Made by a program: the position numbers and the translations under genes. From Thermoplasmatota archaeon (GTDB taxonomy: Archaea; Thermoplasmatota; Thermoplasmata; UBA10834): a stretch of DNA of 64,000 nt. The notes beneath the pieces were generated by a model. That model was not told the DNA's origin, did not search any database, and saw nothing but the letters and a program-made list of their open reading frames with translations. The stretch's first letter is position 1. Every line of letters starts with the position of its first letter. This document shows, piece by piece, positions 38,799 to 48,518 of the stretch. The stretch spans positions 64,001 through 128,000 of the forward strand of contig JBFMHR010000003.1 of assembly GCA_040751795.1 (NCBI GenBank). Reading direction: 5' to 3'.

Positions 38799-40979
38799 AT
38801 GTCCAGCAAGGAGAAGATACTCAGGGTCGTGCAGGCCAAGACGGCCGACGACGGGAAGGGCGTAGCCAGGGTCGACCCCGCCCTCATGAGGATACTCAAG
38901 CTCAGCCAGGGCGACATAGTCATGATAGAGGGGACGAGGCCGACCGCCGTCACCGCCTACACAGGCTACCCGGAGGACGAGAACCGGGGCACGATCCGCA
39001 TCGACGGCGTCACAAGGAAGAACGCGGGCGTGGGGCTCGACGAGAAGCTCTCGATAAGGAAGGTGGTCCCGAAGCCGGCCACCAAGGTCACGCTTGCCCC
39101 GACGCAGCCGCTGAAGCTCCTGGGGGGCGAGGAGTACCTGTCGCAGAACCTCGAGGGGCGCCCGGTGGTCAAGGGCGACCTCATCGAGGTCAGCGTCATG
39201 GGCCGCAAGTTCACCCTCGTGGTCCAGGGCTTCCAGCCCTCGGGCGAGGCCGCCGTCATCCAGAACTTCACGCAGGTCAAGCTCAGCGAGAAGCCGGCGA
39301 AGGAGGAGGCCGCGAAGGGCCCGAAGGTCGCATACGAGGACATAGGCGGCCTCAAGGACGAGGTGGACAAGGTCAGGGAGATGATCGAACTGCCCCTGAG
39401 GCACCCGGAGCTTTTCGAGAAGCTTGGAGTGGAGGCGCCGAAGGGTGTCCTGCTCCACGGACCGCCCGGGACCGGCAAGACGCTCCTGGCCAAGGCGGTC
39501 GCTTCGGAGACGAGCGCCACGTTCACGTCCATAGGCGGACCCGAGATCATGAGCAAGTTCTACGGCGAGAGCGAGGAGCGCCTGAGGGACATGTTCAAGG
39601 AGGCCGCGGAGAACGCGCCCAGCATCATATTCATCGACGAGATAGACTCCATCGCCCCGAAGAGGGACGAGGTCACGGCCGAGACCGAGAGGCGCATCGT
39701 GGCGCAGCTCCTGGCCCTCATGGACGGCCTGGAGGGGAGGGGCAAGGTCGTCGTCATAGGAGCGACCAACCGGCCCAACGCCCTCGACCCGGCGATACGC
39801 AGGCCCGGCCGGTTCGACAGGGAGATAGAGATCGGCATACCGGACAAGGGCGGCCGGCTCGAGATACTGCAGATCCACACCAAGGGGATGCCCCTGGCGG
39901 AGGAGGTCGACATGGACAAGCTGGCGTCGATGACCCACGGGTACGTCGGCGCCGACCTGGCTGCCCTCGCCCGGGAGGCGGCCATGCGGGCGCTGAGGAA
40001 GGTCCTTCCCTCGATAGACCTGGAGGCGGAGTCGATACCCGCCGATGTCCTCAACGAGCTCAAGGTCGGCATGGACGACTTCATGGACGCCTACAGGGAG
40101 ATGCAGCCCTCGACGCTGAGGGAGGTGCTCCTGGAGACGCCCAACGTGAAGTGGGAGGACATCGGCGGCCTCGAGGGGCCGAAGCAGGAGCTGATGGAGT
40201 CGGTCGAGTGGCCGCTCAAGTACGCTTCGCTGTTCTCGCACATGGGGGCGACGCCCCCGAAGGGGCTGCTGCTCTACGGGCCGCCCGGCACGGGCAAGAC
40301 CCTCCTCGCCAAGGCGGTCGCGACCGAGAGCGAGGCCAACTTCATAAGCGTGAAGGGCCCGGAGTTCCTGTCCAAGTGGGTCGGCGAGAGCGAGAAGGCG
40401 GTCCGCGAGACCTTCAGGAAGGCCAGGCAGGCCGCGCCGTGCGTGATATTCCTGGACGAGATAGACGCCATCGCCCCCGTCAGGGGGACATCGTCAGACT
40501 CTGGAGTCACAGAGCGCGTCATCAGCCAGATACTCACCGAGATGGACGGGCTCGAGCCGCTCCACAACGTCGTGGTCATCGCGGCGACGAACAGGCCGGA
40601 CATCATGGACCCCGCCCTCATGCGCCCTGGGAGGTTCGACAGGCTGGTGTACGTGCCGCCGCCGGACCTCCAGGCCAGGAAGGAGATACTCAGGATACAC
40701 ACGAAGGGCAAGCCGCTGGACGACGACGTGGACCTCGACAAGCTGGCAGCCAAGATGGACAAGTACACCGGCGCGGAGATATCCGCCGTGTGCAACGAGG
40801 CCGTGATGCTCGCGATCAGGGACTACGTCCTCGAGGGAGGGGACCTGGACGAGGGGTCCGTGAAGGCGCGGAAGGTCAGTATGAAGTACTTCGAGAAGGC
40901 TATGGAGAACGTCGAGCCCATGAGCGATAGCGACCTCAGGAAGTACGGGAAGCTGTCGCCCAACGCGATGTACAGCTGA
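38799..40979 (+). CDS. cdc48: CDC48/VCP (VAT) AAA+ ATPase
   Basis: N-domain plus two AAA modules (GPPGTGKT twice, DEID, RPGRFDR). Confidence 0.96.
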   Translation: MSSKEKILRVVQAKTADDGKGVARVDPALMRILKLSQGDIVMIEGTRPTAVTAYTGYPEDENRGTIRIDGVTRKNAGVGLDEKLSIRKVVPKPATKVTLAPTQPLKLLGGEEYLSQNLEGRPVVKGDLIEVSVMGRKFTLVVQGFQPSGEAAVIQNFTQVKLSEKPAKEEAAKGPKVAYEDIGGLKDEVDKVREMIELPLRHPELFEKLGVEAPKGVLLHGPPGTGKTLLAKAVASETSATFTSIGGPEIMSKFYGESEERLRDMFKEAAENAPSIIFIDEIDSIAPKRDEVTAETERRIVAQLLALMDGLEGRGKVVVIGATNRPNALDPAIRRPGRFDREIEIGIPDKGGRLEILQIHTKGMPLAEEVDMDKLASMTHGYVGADLAALAREAAMRALRKVLPSIDLEAESIPADVLNELKVGMDDFMDAYREMQPSTLREVLLETPNVKWEDIGGLEGPKQELMESVEWPLKYASLFSHMGATPPKGLLLYGPPGTGKTLLAKAVATESEANFISVKGPEFLSKWVGESEKAVRETFRKARQAAPCVIFLDEIDAIAPVRGTSSDSGVTERVISQILTEMDGLEPLHNVVVIAATNRPDIMDPALMRPGRFDRLVYVPPPDLQARKEILRIHTKGKPLDDDVDLDKLAAKMDKYTGAEISAVCNEAVMLAIRDYVLEGGDLDEGSVKARKVSMKYFEKAMENVEPMSDSDLRKYGKLSPNAMYS

Positions 40980-40998
40980 GACGGGGGTCGGAAGGGTC

Positions 40999-41997
40999 TT
41001 GAGGGAACAGGTGGCCAGGGCGCCCGGGCACGCGCGCGCCGTCGCGGGGGACAGGGACAAGCTGGTCGGCAGGACCAGGGAGACCCTCGCCAAGTGCGGA
41101 TTCTACGTGTCCAACCCGCACAACATAAGGAGCATCAGCTTCGACCTCGTGGCCAGGAGGGACAGGCAGCTGATCGTCCTCAAGGCCCTGTGCAACATCG
41201 ACTCCCTCTCCCCCGAGGACGCCGAGGAGCTGAAGGTCATGGCGTCCATGCTCGACGCCAGCCCGATGGTCATCGGGATGCACTCCAGCTCGGCGGAGCT
41301 CGAGGACGGCATCCTCTACACGCGCTTCGGGATACCCATAGTGTCGGAGCGCACCTTCGCCGAGTTCATGCTCGAGGGCGTGCCTCCCCTGGTGTACGCG
41401 GCCCCCGGCGGGCTCTACGTGCGCCTGGACGGGGAAATGCTGAAGGAGCTGAGGCAGGCCAGGGTGATATCCCTGGGCGCCCTCGCGGAGGCCGTTGGCG
41501 TGTCGAGGAAGGCCATACAGATGTACGAGACGGGCATGGGGGCCATGGTCGACATCGCCAGCAAGATAGAGGAGTTCCTGGACGTGCCCCTCGTCGTGCC
41601 CCTCGATCCGTTCGCCTACGCGTCCGAGGTTGCCGACCACTTCAAGGACCTCGAGCGTTTCAAAGGCCAGAACAAGGACATATTCGAGATGCTCAGCGAG
41701 ATAGGCTACTCCGTGGTGCCTACCAAGAAGGCGCCCTTCGACGCCTTCGCCAAGGAGGAGGAGTTGCTCCTCCTCACTGGCATAGGCGACGATCCGCAGA
41801 TGACCGAGCGCAAGGCCAGGGTGGTCGGGAACCTGTCCAGGGTCACGGAGAGGAAGAGCGTCATCATAGTCCAGAGGAAGACATCGGCCGAGGAGATCGA
41901 GGGGACCCCCCTCGTCACCAGGGACGAGCTCAGGAAGGCGGACCACGCCGACGACTTCATGGAGCTGGTCCTCCGCAGGGAGAGGAGGAGGCCTTGA
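40999..41997 (+). CDS. Archaeal HTH-type transcriptional regulator (COG1395-like)
   Basis: SFDLVARR, LEDGILYTRFGIP, YAAPGGLYV, XRE-type HTH LAEAVGVSRKAIQMYE; start uncertain. Confidence 0.85.
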   Translation: MREQVARAPGHARAVAGDRDKLVGRTRETLAKCGFYVSNPHNIRSISFDLVARRDRQLIVLKALCNIDSLSPEDAEELKVMASMLDASPMVIGMHSSSAELEDGILYTRFGIPIVSERTFAEFMLEGVPPLVYAAPGGLYVRLDGEMLKELRQARVISLGALAEAVGVSRKAIQMYETGMGAMVDIASKIEEFLDVPLVVPLDPFAYASEVADHFKDLERFKGQNKDIFEMLSEIGYSVVPTKKAPFDAFAKEEELLLLTGIGDDPQMTERKARVVGNLSRVTERKSVIIVQRKTSAEEIEGTPLVTRDELRKADHADDFMELVLRRERRRP

Positions 41998-42635
41998 GCG
42001 CCCTCAGGAAGCTCACCGTCAACGGGGGCACCGTCCACATCCTGCCCGTCGTCAAGGGCCTGAAGTCCGAGGCGGACCGGGTCAGGCAGGCCTTCGAGCG
42101 CGTCAGGCCCGACAAGGTCGCAGTGTCGCTCTCGAAGGAGGAGGTCGAGGGCCTCAGGAACATCCCCGACGACTTCGAGCCGGAGCTGTCGAGGTACGAC
42201 GAGATCTACGCGGCCGGCCTCGAGAGGTACGGGGAGGTGGCCGCGCCGCCGCCCTGCTACGTCGCGGCGGTCGAGCTGGCGGACCACCTGGGCGTACCCA
42301 TAGTGCCCGTGGACCTCGACGAGGACTCTTTCTCCGAGCTCTACTGCGCGGCCGTGACCGGGCCAGCCCTGTTCAGGCACTCGACGCGGACATGGGCCCT
42401 GAGGCTGAGGAGGTTCGAGGCCGAGACGGCCGAGGAGTACGTCCTCAAGTGGGACCGCGCCGTCAACAACATGGATGGCATGAGGCTCATCGAGGAGAAG
42501 CGCGCGGAGACCATGGCGGAGGGGATCTCCAGGCTGGCGGCCGCAGGGACGAACATCCTGGCTGTCGTCGAGCTGGAGAGGGCCGGGCAGGTGGAGGGCC
42601 TCCTGGCAGGGACGATGGACGGCGAAAAGACTTAG
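41994..42635 (+). CDS. Hypothetical protein, TraB/PrgY-like
   Basis: VHILPVV.G...EADRV...RPDKVAVSL, IVPVD, RAETMA..I, ILAVV; TTGA overlap. Confidence 0.6.
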   Translation: MSALRKLTVNGGTVHILPVVKGLKSEADRVRQAFERVRPDKVAVSLSKEEVEGLRNIPDDFEPELSRYDEIYAAGLERYGEVAAPPPCYVAAVELADHLGVPIVPVDLDEDSFSELYCAAVTGPALFRHSTRTWALRLRRFEAETAEEYVLKWDRAVNNMDGMRLIEEKRAETMAEGISRLAAAGTNILAVVELERAGQVEGLLAGTMDGEKT

Positions 42636-42666
42636 GGAAGGGGTTTACCGGGGGAGCGGGGAGCGC

Positions 42667-45600
42667 TCAGCCCCTTCCGTATATGTCGATTGCGGCGATC
42701 TTCACGATGCAGCCAGTCTCGGTCCCTGTCAGCATCCCAGCGAAGACGTCCTTGATGGACACCGCCCAGTACTCCGTCGGGCCGACGTTGAGGTAGACCT
42801 TCAGGAGCGAGACCTCCGACGCTGCCCCGGCCGTGACCCAGGAGGTGAGTATGTCGTCCAGCCCGTCACCGTTGACATCCTCGACCTCGAGAAGGGTCGG
42901 GCCGATAGCGACAGTCGTCGGCAGCCCACCGGGGTAGATGTACATGTTCGTCTGGTTCTGGACCATCCAGGCCGTCAGGGGCGTCCTGTGGTCGTACACG
43001 ACGAACTTCGCGTTCTTCGCGACCACCACCTCGAGCCTCCCGTCTTCGAGGCCGTCGAAGTTGATGGCGCGCGCGGTGTAGTAGATCTCGTAGGAGGTGT
43101 TCACGCCCGCCACCTGGTACCGGTTGGCCGGGACGGGGAGGGTTGTCGGCATGTAGGAGCCGAACCTGTCCGACTGCACCCCTATGTAGTCGATGTCGAG
43201 CCACTCCGTCTCGAGGCCCAGCGCCGTCGACGAGTCGGTGATCTTCACATAGAAGCTCGTCGCGCCCGCGACGGACGACGGCAGGCTGAACGTGTACTCG
43301 GTGTACTCCTCTGCGGTGATGACCATCACGGGGGTGTATATGGCCGTGAGCGGGTCCGAGCTGGTGGTGTACCAGACGTAGAAGACCTCCTGGGAAGTAT
43401 CCTCCGGGCCGACCTTCGCGGTGACCACCAGCTGCGGGTCGGAGTACGACGTCAGCGGCACGTCTATCTCGAAGACGAAGTGGACCTGGCCGGCCTCATC
43501 GCCGGTGGTGTTCTCCTCGATCCGCATCCCGTTGTCGTCCGCGATCTCCGTCAGCGACATGATCCCGGCGGTGTTGCTGCCGGCGTACTGGAGCACGTCG
43601 GTGACGAGGTTCTCCTCCGCGTCCTGGTTGACCGTGTAGTTGTTCACCCACACGCCCTCGATGTAGTCATGAGTGCCCGTGCCAGTCGTCGGGTCGACGG
43701 TGATTATGTCGAGCATGCCGTCGTTGTTGATGTCGGCGATGTCGAAGTCCTCTATGTTGCTGGTGATCGAGGTCGGGTTGGGCAGGTAGGCGAAGCACCC
43801 GCGGGTCCACTTCGTGAGGTCGTACATCCACACCTTGCCGCTCGCGAGCACTATGAGGTCCGCGCAGCCGTCGCCGGTCATGTCCTCGAGGGCGATCTTC
43901 CTGATGCCGTCGTTGGTGGAGTTGTACGTCGCGAAGACCGTGCCCTGGGCGCCGTAGGTGTTGTTGAATATGATCACCTTGTGGCCGGAGGTGGAGTACG
44001 CGAAGTCCGTGTCCCCGTCTCCGTTGATGTCGCCGCTGTCTATCCACTCGATCTTATCCGTGGCGAGGTCGCCGGTCGGTCTGGTTATTATTGAAGGCGC
44101 CTGCCACACCCCGTAGGTGTTCATGGTGTTCTCGAAGTACAGGAGCTTGCCGATGTCGTCGTAGCTGGTGGCCTTGTCCATGTTCGACCCGGCCAGCACG
44201 TCCATGTCGCCGTCGTTGTCGTAGTCGCCCACCGACATTGCGTTATGGTAGTACAGCGGAGCCGTGCTGGGCGCGTTCTCCTGGGTGTACAGGATCCTTG
44301 TGGTGAAGAAGTTGTTGTTCTCCACGTAGTAGATGTACTCGGGGTTGATGAAGTTCGTGCTCCCGCCCTTGGACGAGTAGACGCCGGAGGTCCCGAGGAA
44401 GAAGTCCGCCCGGCTGTACGAGGCCTGCACGAACACCTGCCGGGAGTACGCGTACACGCCCTCGTTCGCGTCGCTGAACTGCGATATCTGGAGGGTGTAC
44501 GAGTTCGTCCCCGACTTCCACTGGTCGCCGTTGCTGAACCTCAGGTCGATGGAGAACACGTACGCGGTGTTGTTGGTGGCCGAGTCGGTGACCTCGCTGA
44601 TCATGCTCCCGGAGTCCGGGGGGCCGTAGAGCTGGGTGCCGCCGACCATGTCGACGATCCTGATCTCGCCCACGGACGGCGCGGGGGAGTCCTGGGCGTC
44701 CTGGACGTATATCGCGACGTAGATGACGTAGTCCGTCCCGGTCGCGTTGAACGCGGTGTCCCTGTCGAAGCCCCACTCGGTGCCGTAGTCGTCGTCCATG
44801 AACGTCCATACCCTGGGGTAGTAGGATATCGGGGAGGACTCGTCCTCGATGTAGATGGTCTGATCCGCGTCGAACACGTAGTTCGTCAGGCCGGTCGCCT
44901 TGAGCAGCATGCTCATGGTGTACGTGCCCGGAATCATGTTCGTGGTGTTGAACACCGCCTGGTACACGGCGACGTTGCCACCGTACGCGTAGCTGTAGAA
45001 CGGGTCCACGTAGGTGCTCGGCGACTGGAAGACCGCCAGCGAGGTGTAGTCGATCTCGGTCCTGGCGTCTGTCATGGTCAGGTCGTTCGCGCCTCCGATG
45101 TTGGTCACGTAGAGGCTCGCGACCCGCACGAATATGTTCTCGCCCCGTGTGAAGTTCGTCCTGGCGTCGGTGGTGTTCGCTGTCCCGCTGGTGCCGTTCT
45201 CGCCGTATACGCCGAACCCCTGTCCGTCGTTGATGTTGGTGATGTAGGAGGGCATGCCGCCTTCCTGCGGGGTGGTGTCGGCGGGGTACCAGTCGATGTC
45301 GGTCGGGAGGACTATGACGGACAGCTCGTATCCCACGGAGGTCGTGTGCCCCGCGGCGTCCATCGCGTGGATCTTGAGGGTCTTCCCGTCTATGGCGACG
45401 GAGTCGTTCGCCACATCGTTGAAGTCCCACTCGAACCAGCCGCCATCAGCGGGCACCAGCCCGCTGCTCGGGGAGTTGAATGTGTCGTTGGCGCTGCCGC
45501 CCGTGATGCTGGATGAATCGAGCCAAACATACCTCAGGTCCTTGTCGAGGTCGGATATCTTGACGTAGAGCGTGAAGTCGTCGTACTCCTTCACTGGGTC

Positions 45601-46119
45601 CACGGTCGGCGTGTCGGTGTTCGAGTCGACGTACCTCTGCAGCACTATCGGCGGGGTCCCGCCCATGCCGCCGGAGACCTGGCTGGTCCACACGGCGTTG
45701 TGGCTCTCGTCGTCGACTATCGTGACGGATATGGAACTGGAGTATGTCGTGTCGGAGAACGTCTTGACCCACTGTGTGCCCATGGCCCACTCATCGTAGT
45801 CGAAGTCCGCGTCCTCGGAGAGCCTGTAGGCCCATGTCTCCTCGTCCACCGAGACGAGGATGATTGTCAAGGGCGCCTCCATGGTGGCGCCGCCGATGTG
45901 CGTCACGGTGAGCGTCGCTGTCGAGCCCAGGTCGTCGAAGTCGAGGGAGGCGGCGAAGTCCGCCTTGGTGGTCAGCTCCGGGACGGGCATCTGGTTCACG
46001 AACATCATGATGCCGCTGAAGAGGACGACCGTGATCATGAGGATCAGGATGTTGCCTACGATCTCGGATACGCCGCCCTCGTCGGTCCATGACTTGCGCT
46101 TCAGCAGTTTGACTTCCAT
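42667..46119 (-). CDS. Very large archaeal type IV pilin-like surface protein with FG-GAP/VCBS Ca-binding repeats
   Basis: Class III signal DEGG|VSEIVGNILILMITVVLFSGI; repeats GDYDNDGDMD, GDINGDGDTD, EDMTGDGCAD, ADINNDGMLD, EDVNGDGLDD; GGAGG SD before ATG 46119. Confidence 0.85.
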   Translation of the reverse strand: MEVKLLKRKSWTDEGGVSEIVGNILILMITVVLFSGIMMFVNQMPVPELTTKADFAASLDFDDLGSTATLTVTHIGGATMEAPLTIILVSVDEETWAYRLSEDADFDYDEWAMGTQWVKTFSDTTYSSSISVTIVDDESHNAVWTSQVSGGMGGTPPIVLQRYVDSNTDTPTVDPVKEYDDFTLYVKISDLDKDLRYVWLDSSSITGGSANDTFNSPSSGLVPADGGWFEWDFNDVANDSVAIDGKTLKIHAMDAAGHTTSVGYELSVIVLPTDIDWYPADTTPQEGGMPSYITNINDGQGFGVYGENGTSGTANTTDARTNFTRGENIFVRVASLYVTNIGGANDLTMTDARTEIDYTSLAVFQSPSTYVDPFYSYAYGGNVAVYQAVFNTTNMIPGTYTMSMLLKATGLTNYVFDADQTIYIEDESSPISYYPRVWTFMDDDYGTEWGFDRDTAFNATGTDYVIYVAIYVQDAQDSPAPSVGEIRIVDMVGGTQLYGPPDSGSMISEVTDSATNNTAYVFSIDLRFSNGDQWKSGTNSYTLQISQFSDANEGVYAYSRQVFVQASYSRADFFLGTSGVYSSKGGSTNFINPEYIYYVENNNFFTTRILYTQENAPSTAPLYYHNAMSVGDYDNDGDMDVLAGSNMDKATSYDDIGKLLYFENTMNTYGVWQAPSIITRPTGDLATDKIEWIDSGDINGDGDTDFAYSTSGHKVIIFNNTYGAQGTVFATYNSTNDGIRKIALEDMTGDGCADLIVLASGKVWMYDLTKWTRGCFAYLPNPTSITSNIEDFDIADINNDGMLDIITVDPTTGTGTHDYIEGVWVNNYTVNQDAEENLVTDVLQYAGSNTAGIMSLTEIADDNGMRIEENTTGDEAGQVHFVFEIDVPLTSYSDPQLVVTAKVGPEDTSQEVFYVWYTTSSDPLTAIYTPVMVITAEEYTEYTFSLPSSVAGATSFYVKITDSSTALGLETEWLDIDYIGVQSDRFGSYMPTTLPVPANRYQVAGVNTSYEIYYTARAINFDGLEDGRLEVVVAKNAKFVVYDHRTPLTAWMVQNQTNMYIYPGGLPTTVAIGPTLLEVEDVNGDGLDDILTSWVTAGAASEVSLLKVYLNVGPTEYWAVSIKDVFAGMLTGTETGCIVKIAAIDIYGRG

Positions 46120-46164
46120 TCGAACATTCCTCCGGGGAGAAGGATTACTCTGCCAGCTTCGGGT

Positions 46165-46200
46165 TTTCAACGTGTTGGAGCGTATTTAAACGTGTTGGGG
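46165..46200. repeat. Tandem direct repeat (16 bp, 20-bp period) over the TATA box of the pilin-like gene; candidate operator
   Basis: TTTCAACGTGTTGGAG (46165-46180) and TTTAAACGTGTTGGGG (46185-46200); minus-strand TTTAAATA at 46183-46190. Confidence 0.7.
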
Positions 46201-46295
46201 TCATTACCAGGTACCTCACCGGATCCTCCAGGCGCCCGGCCGCCTGCGGGCGAAACCATCACCGTTATATAAGCACAGGGGGATTTCGCGGGGCG

Positions 46296-47429
46296 ATGGC
46301 GGAGCCTGGCCAGCTGAGCGTCAACGAGAGGGTCCTACTTCATCTCTCCAGGTACGCCTCCGACAGCACGCCGGGGGAGCACCCCGAGGAGTGCTCTCAG
46401 GCGGGGATAGCCTCGTCCGTCGGCATATCGCGCACGCACGTCCCGCGCGCGGTCAAATCGCTCGCGAAGGACGGGCTCGTCGAGGAGCTCCGGGCGAGGG
46501 TCGAGGGGCACGAGAGGCGGATGAGCGTCTACTCGATCACGCCCGAGGGGGTCAGGAGGGCGGCCGAGCTGTGGGAGGGGCTGTCCCGGGCGAGGTTCGT
46601 CCTCAGGTCCCCCGGGAAGTCCGAGGAGGTCAGCGTCAGCGACATCGAGGAGATGGTGGGCAGGCGGAAGGCGGTCGCGCTCGTCGCGCGGGCGCGCGCA
46701 GGCGTGGTGGAGATGGCGGACAGGCGCAGGCCCGCGGTCAAGGACCTGGGGGACGCCCCCTTGACGGAGGGCTTCGTCGGGAGGAAGGAGGAGCTCGGGC
46801 AGATGAGCGCGTTCCTCGAGTCCGACTCCGACATCCTCGTCGTCCTGGGGATGAGAGGCTACGGCGCCAGCGCGCTCGCGCGCAGGTTCGTCGACTCGCT
46901 TGAGGACTACAACGTCCTGTGGGTCCCCCTAGCGCAGTGCGCCGGCACATCCGACATCGAGGCGCGCATGCGCGACTTCGCGGGCAAGGCCCTCCCCGGG
47001 GCGAGCGGCCCGCTCGACGCCCTCGAGGTCGCCGACACCGTGATAGTCTTCGACGGCTACCACTCGGTGCCGGACGACGCGGTCGAGTTCTTCTCGGAGA
47101 TGGTGGGGGGGCTGCAGGAGGCGAAGGTCGTCATAACGGCGAGGGAGGACACGCCCGCCTACAACTGGTTCTACCACAAGAAGGAGGTCGAGTCGGGCAA
47201 GGTACATGAGCTCAGGCTCAGGGGCCTCGACAAGGACAGCGCCAGGGCGCTGCTCGGCAACCCCAGGATCGAGGCGGAGGCGTTCAGGCGCGTGTATGGG
47301 ATGACCAGGGGGTCCCCCTCCGCTCTCAGGATGCTCAGGGACAAGGACTTCGAGGGGCTCAAGAGGAGCACCGTCCTCACGGCGGAGGAGGTCAGGTACC
47401 TCCTCTTCCTCCGCGACAAGGCGGCGTAG
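46296..47429 (+). CDS. wHTH plus STAND/NB-ARC-like NTPase domain protein with degenerate Walker A and no sensor repeats
   Basis: SQAGIASSVGISRTHVPRAVKSL..GLV wHTH; FVGRKEEL, GMRGYGAS, IVFDGYH, VVITAR, LRGLD, TRGSP; TTATATAA about 25 nt upstream. Confidence 0.8.
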   Translation: MAEPGQLSVNERVLLHLSRYASDSTPGEHPEECSQAGIASSVGISRTHVPRAVKSLAKDGLVEELRARVEGHERRMSVYSITPEGVRRAAELWEGLSRARFVLRSPGKSEEVSVSDIEEMVGRRKAVALVARARAGVVEMADRRRPAVKDLGDAPLTEGFVGRKEELGQMSAFLESDSDILVVLGMRGYGASALARRFVDSLEDYNVLWVPLAQCAGTSDIEARMRDFAGKALPGASGPLDALEVADTVIVFDGYHSVPDDAVEFFSEMVGGLQEAKVVITAREDTPAYNWFYHKKEVESGKVHELRLRGLDKDSARALLGNPRIEAEAFRRVYGMTRGSPSALRMLRDKDFEGLKRSTVLTAEEVRYLLFLRDKAA

Positions 47430-47960
47430 TCACCACTCGACGCCCCTGCGGGCCTTGGTGCCTGAATCGTAGGGGTGCTTCGCCTTCTCTATCACCGACA
47501 CGTAGTCCGCGGAGTCGACGAACTCCTGGGGGGCGTCCCTGCCCGTGAGGACGACCTCCACGCCCGCCTTCCGGGACATCAGGAGGGACAGGACCTCCTC
47601 GACGCGAACCAGCCCCATGGAGACGGCGACGTTCACCTCGTCCAGGACGACCATCTGGCAGGAGCCGCCCCTGAGCCTCTCCCCCGCGGCGGCCATGGCC
47701 GCCCGGGCCGCCTCCCTGTCCTCCTCCGAGGGGGCGCCCCTGCCCACGAACCTGCCCGACCCGAACTGCAGGACCTCGATCCCCTCCACCCGCCGCGCGG
47801 AGACGAGCTCGCCCGTGGCCTCGCCCGTCTTCATGAACTGTATCACGCACACGCGGAAGCCGTGCCCCGCCGCCCTCATTGCCAGGCCGAACGCCGCCGT
47901 GGTCTTGCCCTTCCCGGGGCCCGTGATGACATGGACCTTGCCGAGGCCGCTGGCGCTCAT
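47430..47960 (-). CDS. cobO: Cob(I)yrinate a,c-diamide adenosyltransferase (CobO/BtuR)
   Basis: TGPGKGKTTAAFG, IQFMK, VLDE, EVVLTGR, KHPY...G..AR.GVE. Confidence 0.93.
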   Translation of the reverse strand: MSASGLGKVHVITGPGKGKTTAAFGLAMRAAGHGFRVCVIQFMKTGEATGELVSARRVEGIEVLQFGSGRFVGRGAPSEEDREAARAAMAAAGERLRGGSCQMVVLDEVNVAVSMGLVRVEEVLSLLMSRKAGVEVVLTGRDAPQEFVDSADYVSVIEKAKHPYDSGTKARRGVEW

Positions 47961-48003
47961 CGCCACCCCCAGCGCGGTGCTACTAGAAAAATGGGAGCGC
48001 GGC

Positions 48004-48510
48004 TCAGTACCTGCGGACCTCGTCCTCCGGCAGGGAGAACTCCCTCTCGAGGTACCCGAGCTGCTGCGTCTCCATGGTCCTCGGGTCTATGGGGACCAGC
48101 AGGAGGGCGCCCGACATGGCCACCTCCTCGTTCGTGAGCTGCACCGCCTTCATGACGCTTGAGAACCCGTTCTCGGTGACGAGGTACTCGAGGCCGTCCA
48201 GGAGCACGACTGCCCCTGGGTTGGCCTTGATGAAGTCCGATATGGTGCTGTGTATCTTCATCAGCCTCGTCGGCTCGAGGTTGATCACGCCCGCGCCCGT
48301 CGTGCTCTTGATGTTCTTGGCGATCCACATGATGGGGCAGTCGAAGCCGTACTGCTGCTGCACCCTGACCGGGTGGGTGCGTGTGATTACCAGACCTCGT
48401 CTGCCCTCTGCCAGTAGCCTCTTGAGGGCCTCGTAGGCCCTCGGGACGCCCCTGTCCGTGAACAGGTAGGAGTTACCTGGAGCGAGGGCAGGTGCGCTTC
48501 CTTCGCTCAT
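48004..48510 (-). CDS. DUF835 family protein
   Basis: GLVITRTHP, IMWI, VVLLDGLEYL..ENGF, LERE; start ATG 48510. Confidence 0.85.
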   Translation of the reverse strand: MSEGSAPALAPGNSYLFTDRGVPRAYEALKRLLAEGRRGLVITRTHPVRVQQQYGFDCPIMWIAKNIKSTTGAGVINLEPTRLMKIHSTISDFIKANPGAVVLLDGLEYLVTENGFSSVMKAVQLTNEEVAMSGALLLVPIDPRTMETQQLGYLEREFSLPEDEVRRY

Positions 48511-48518
48511 GGGTACGG

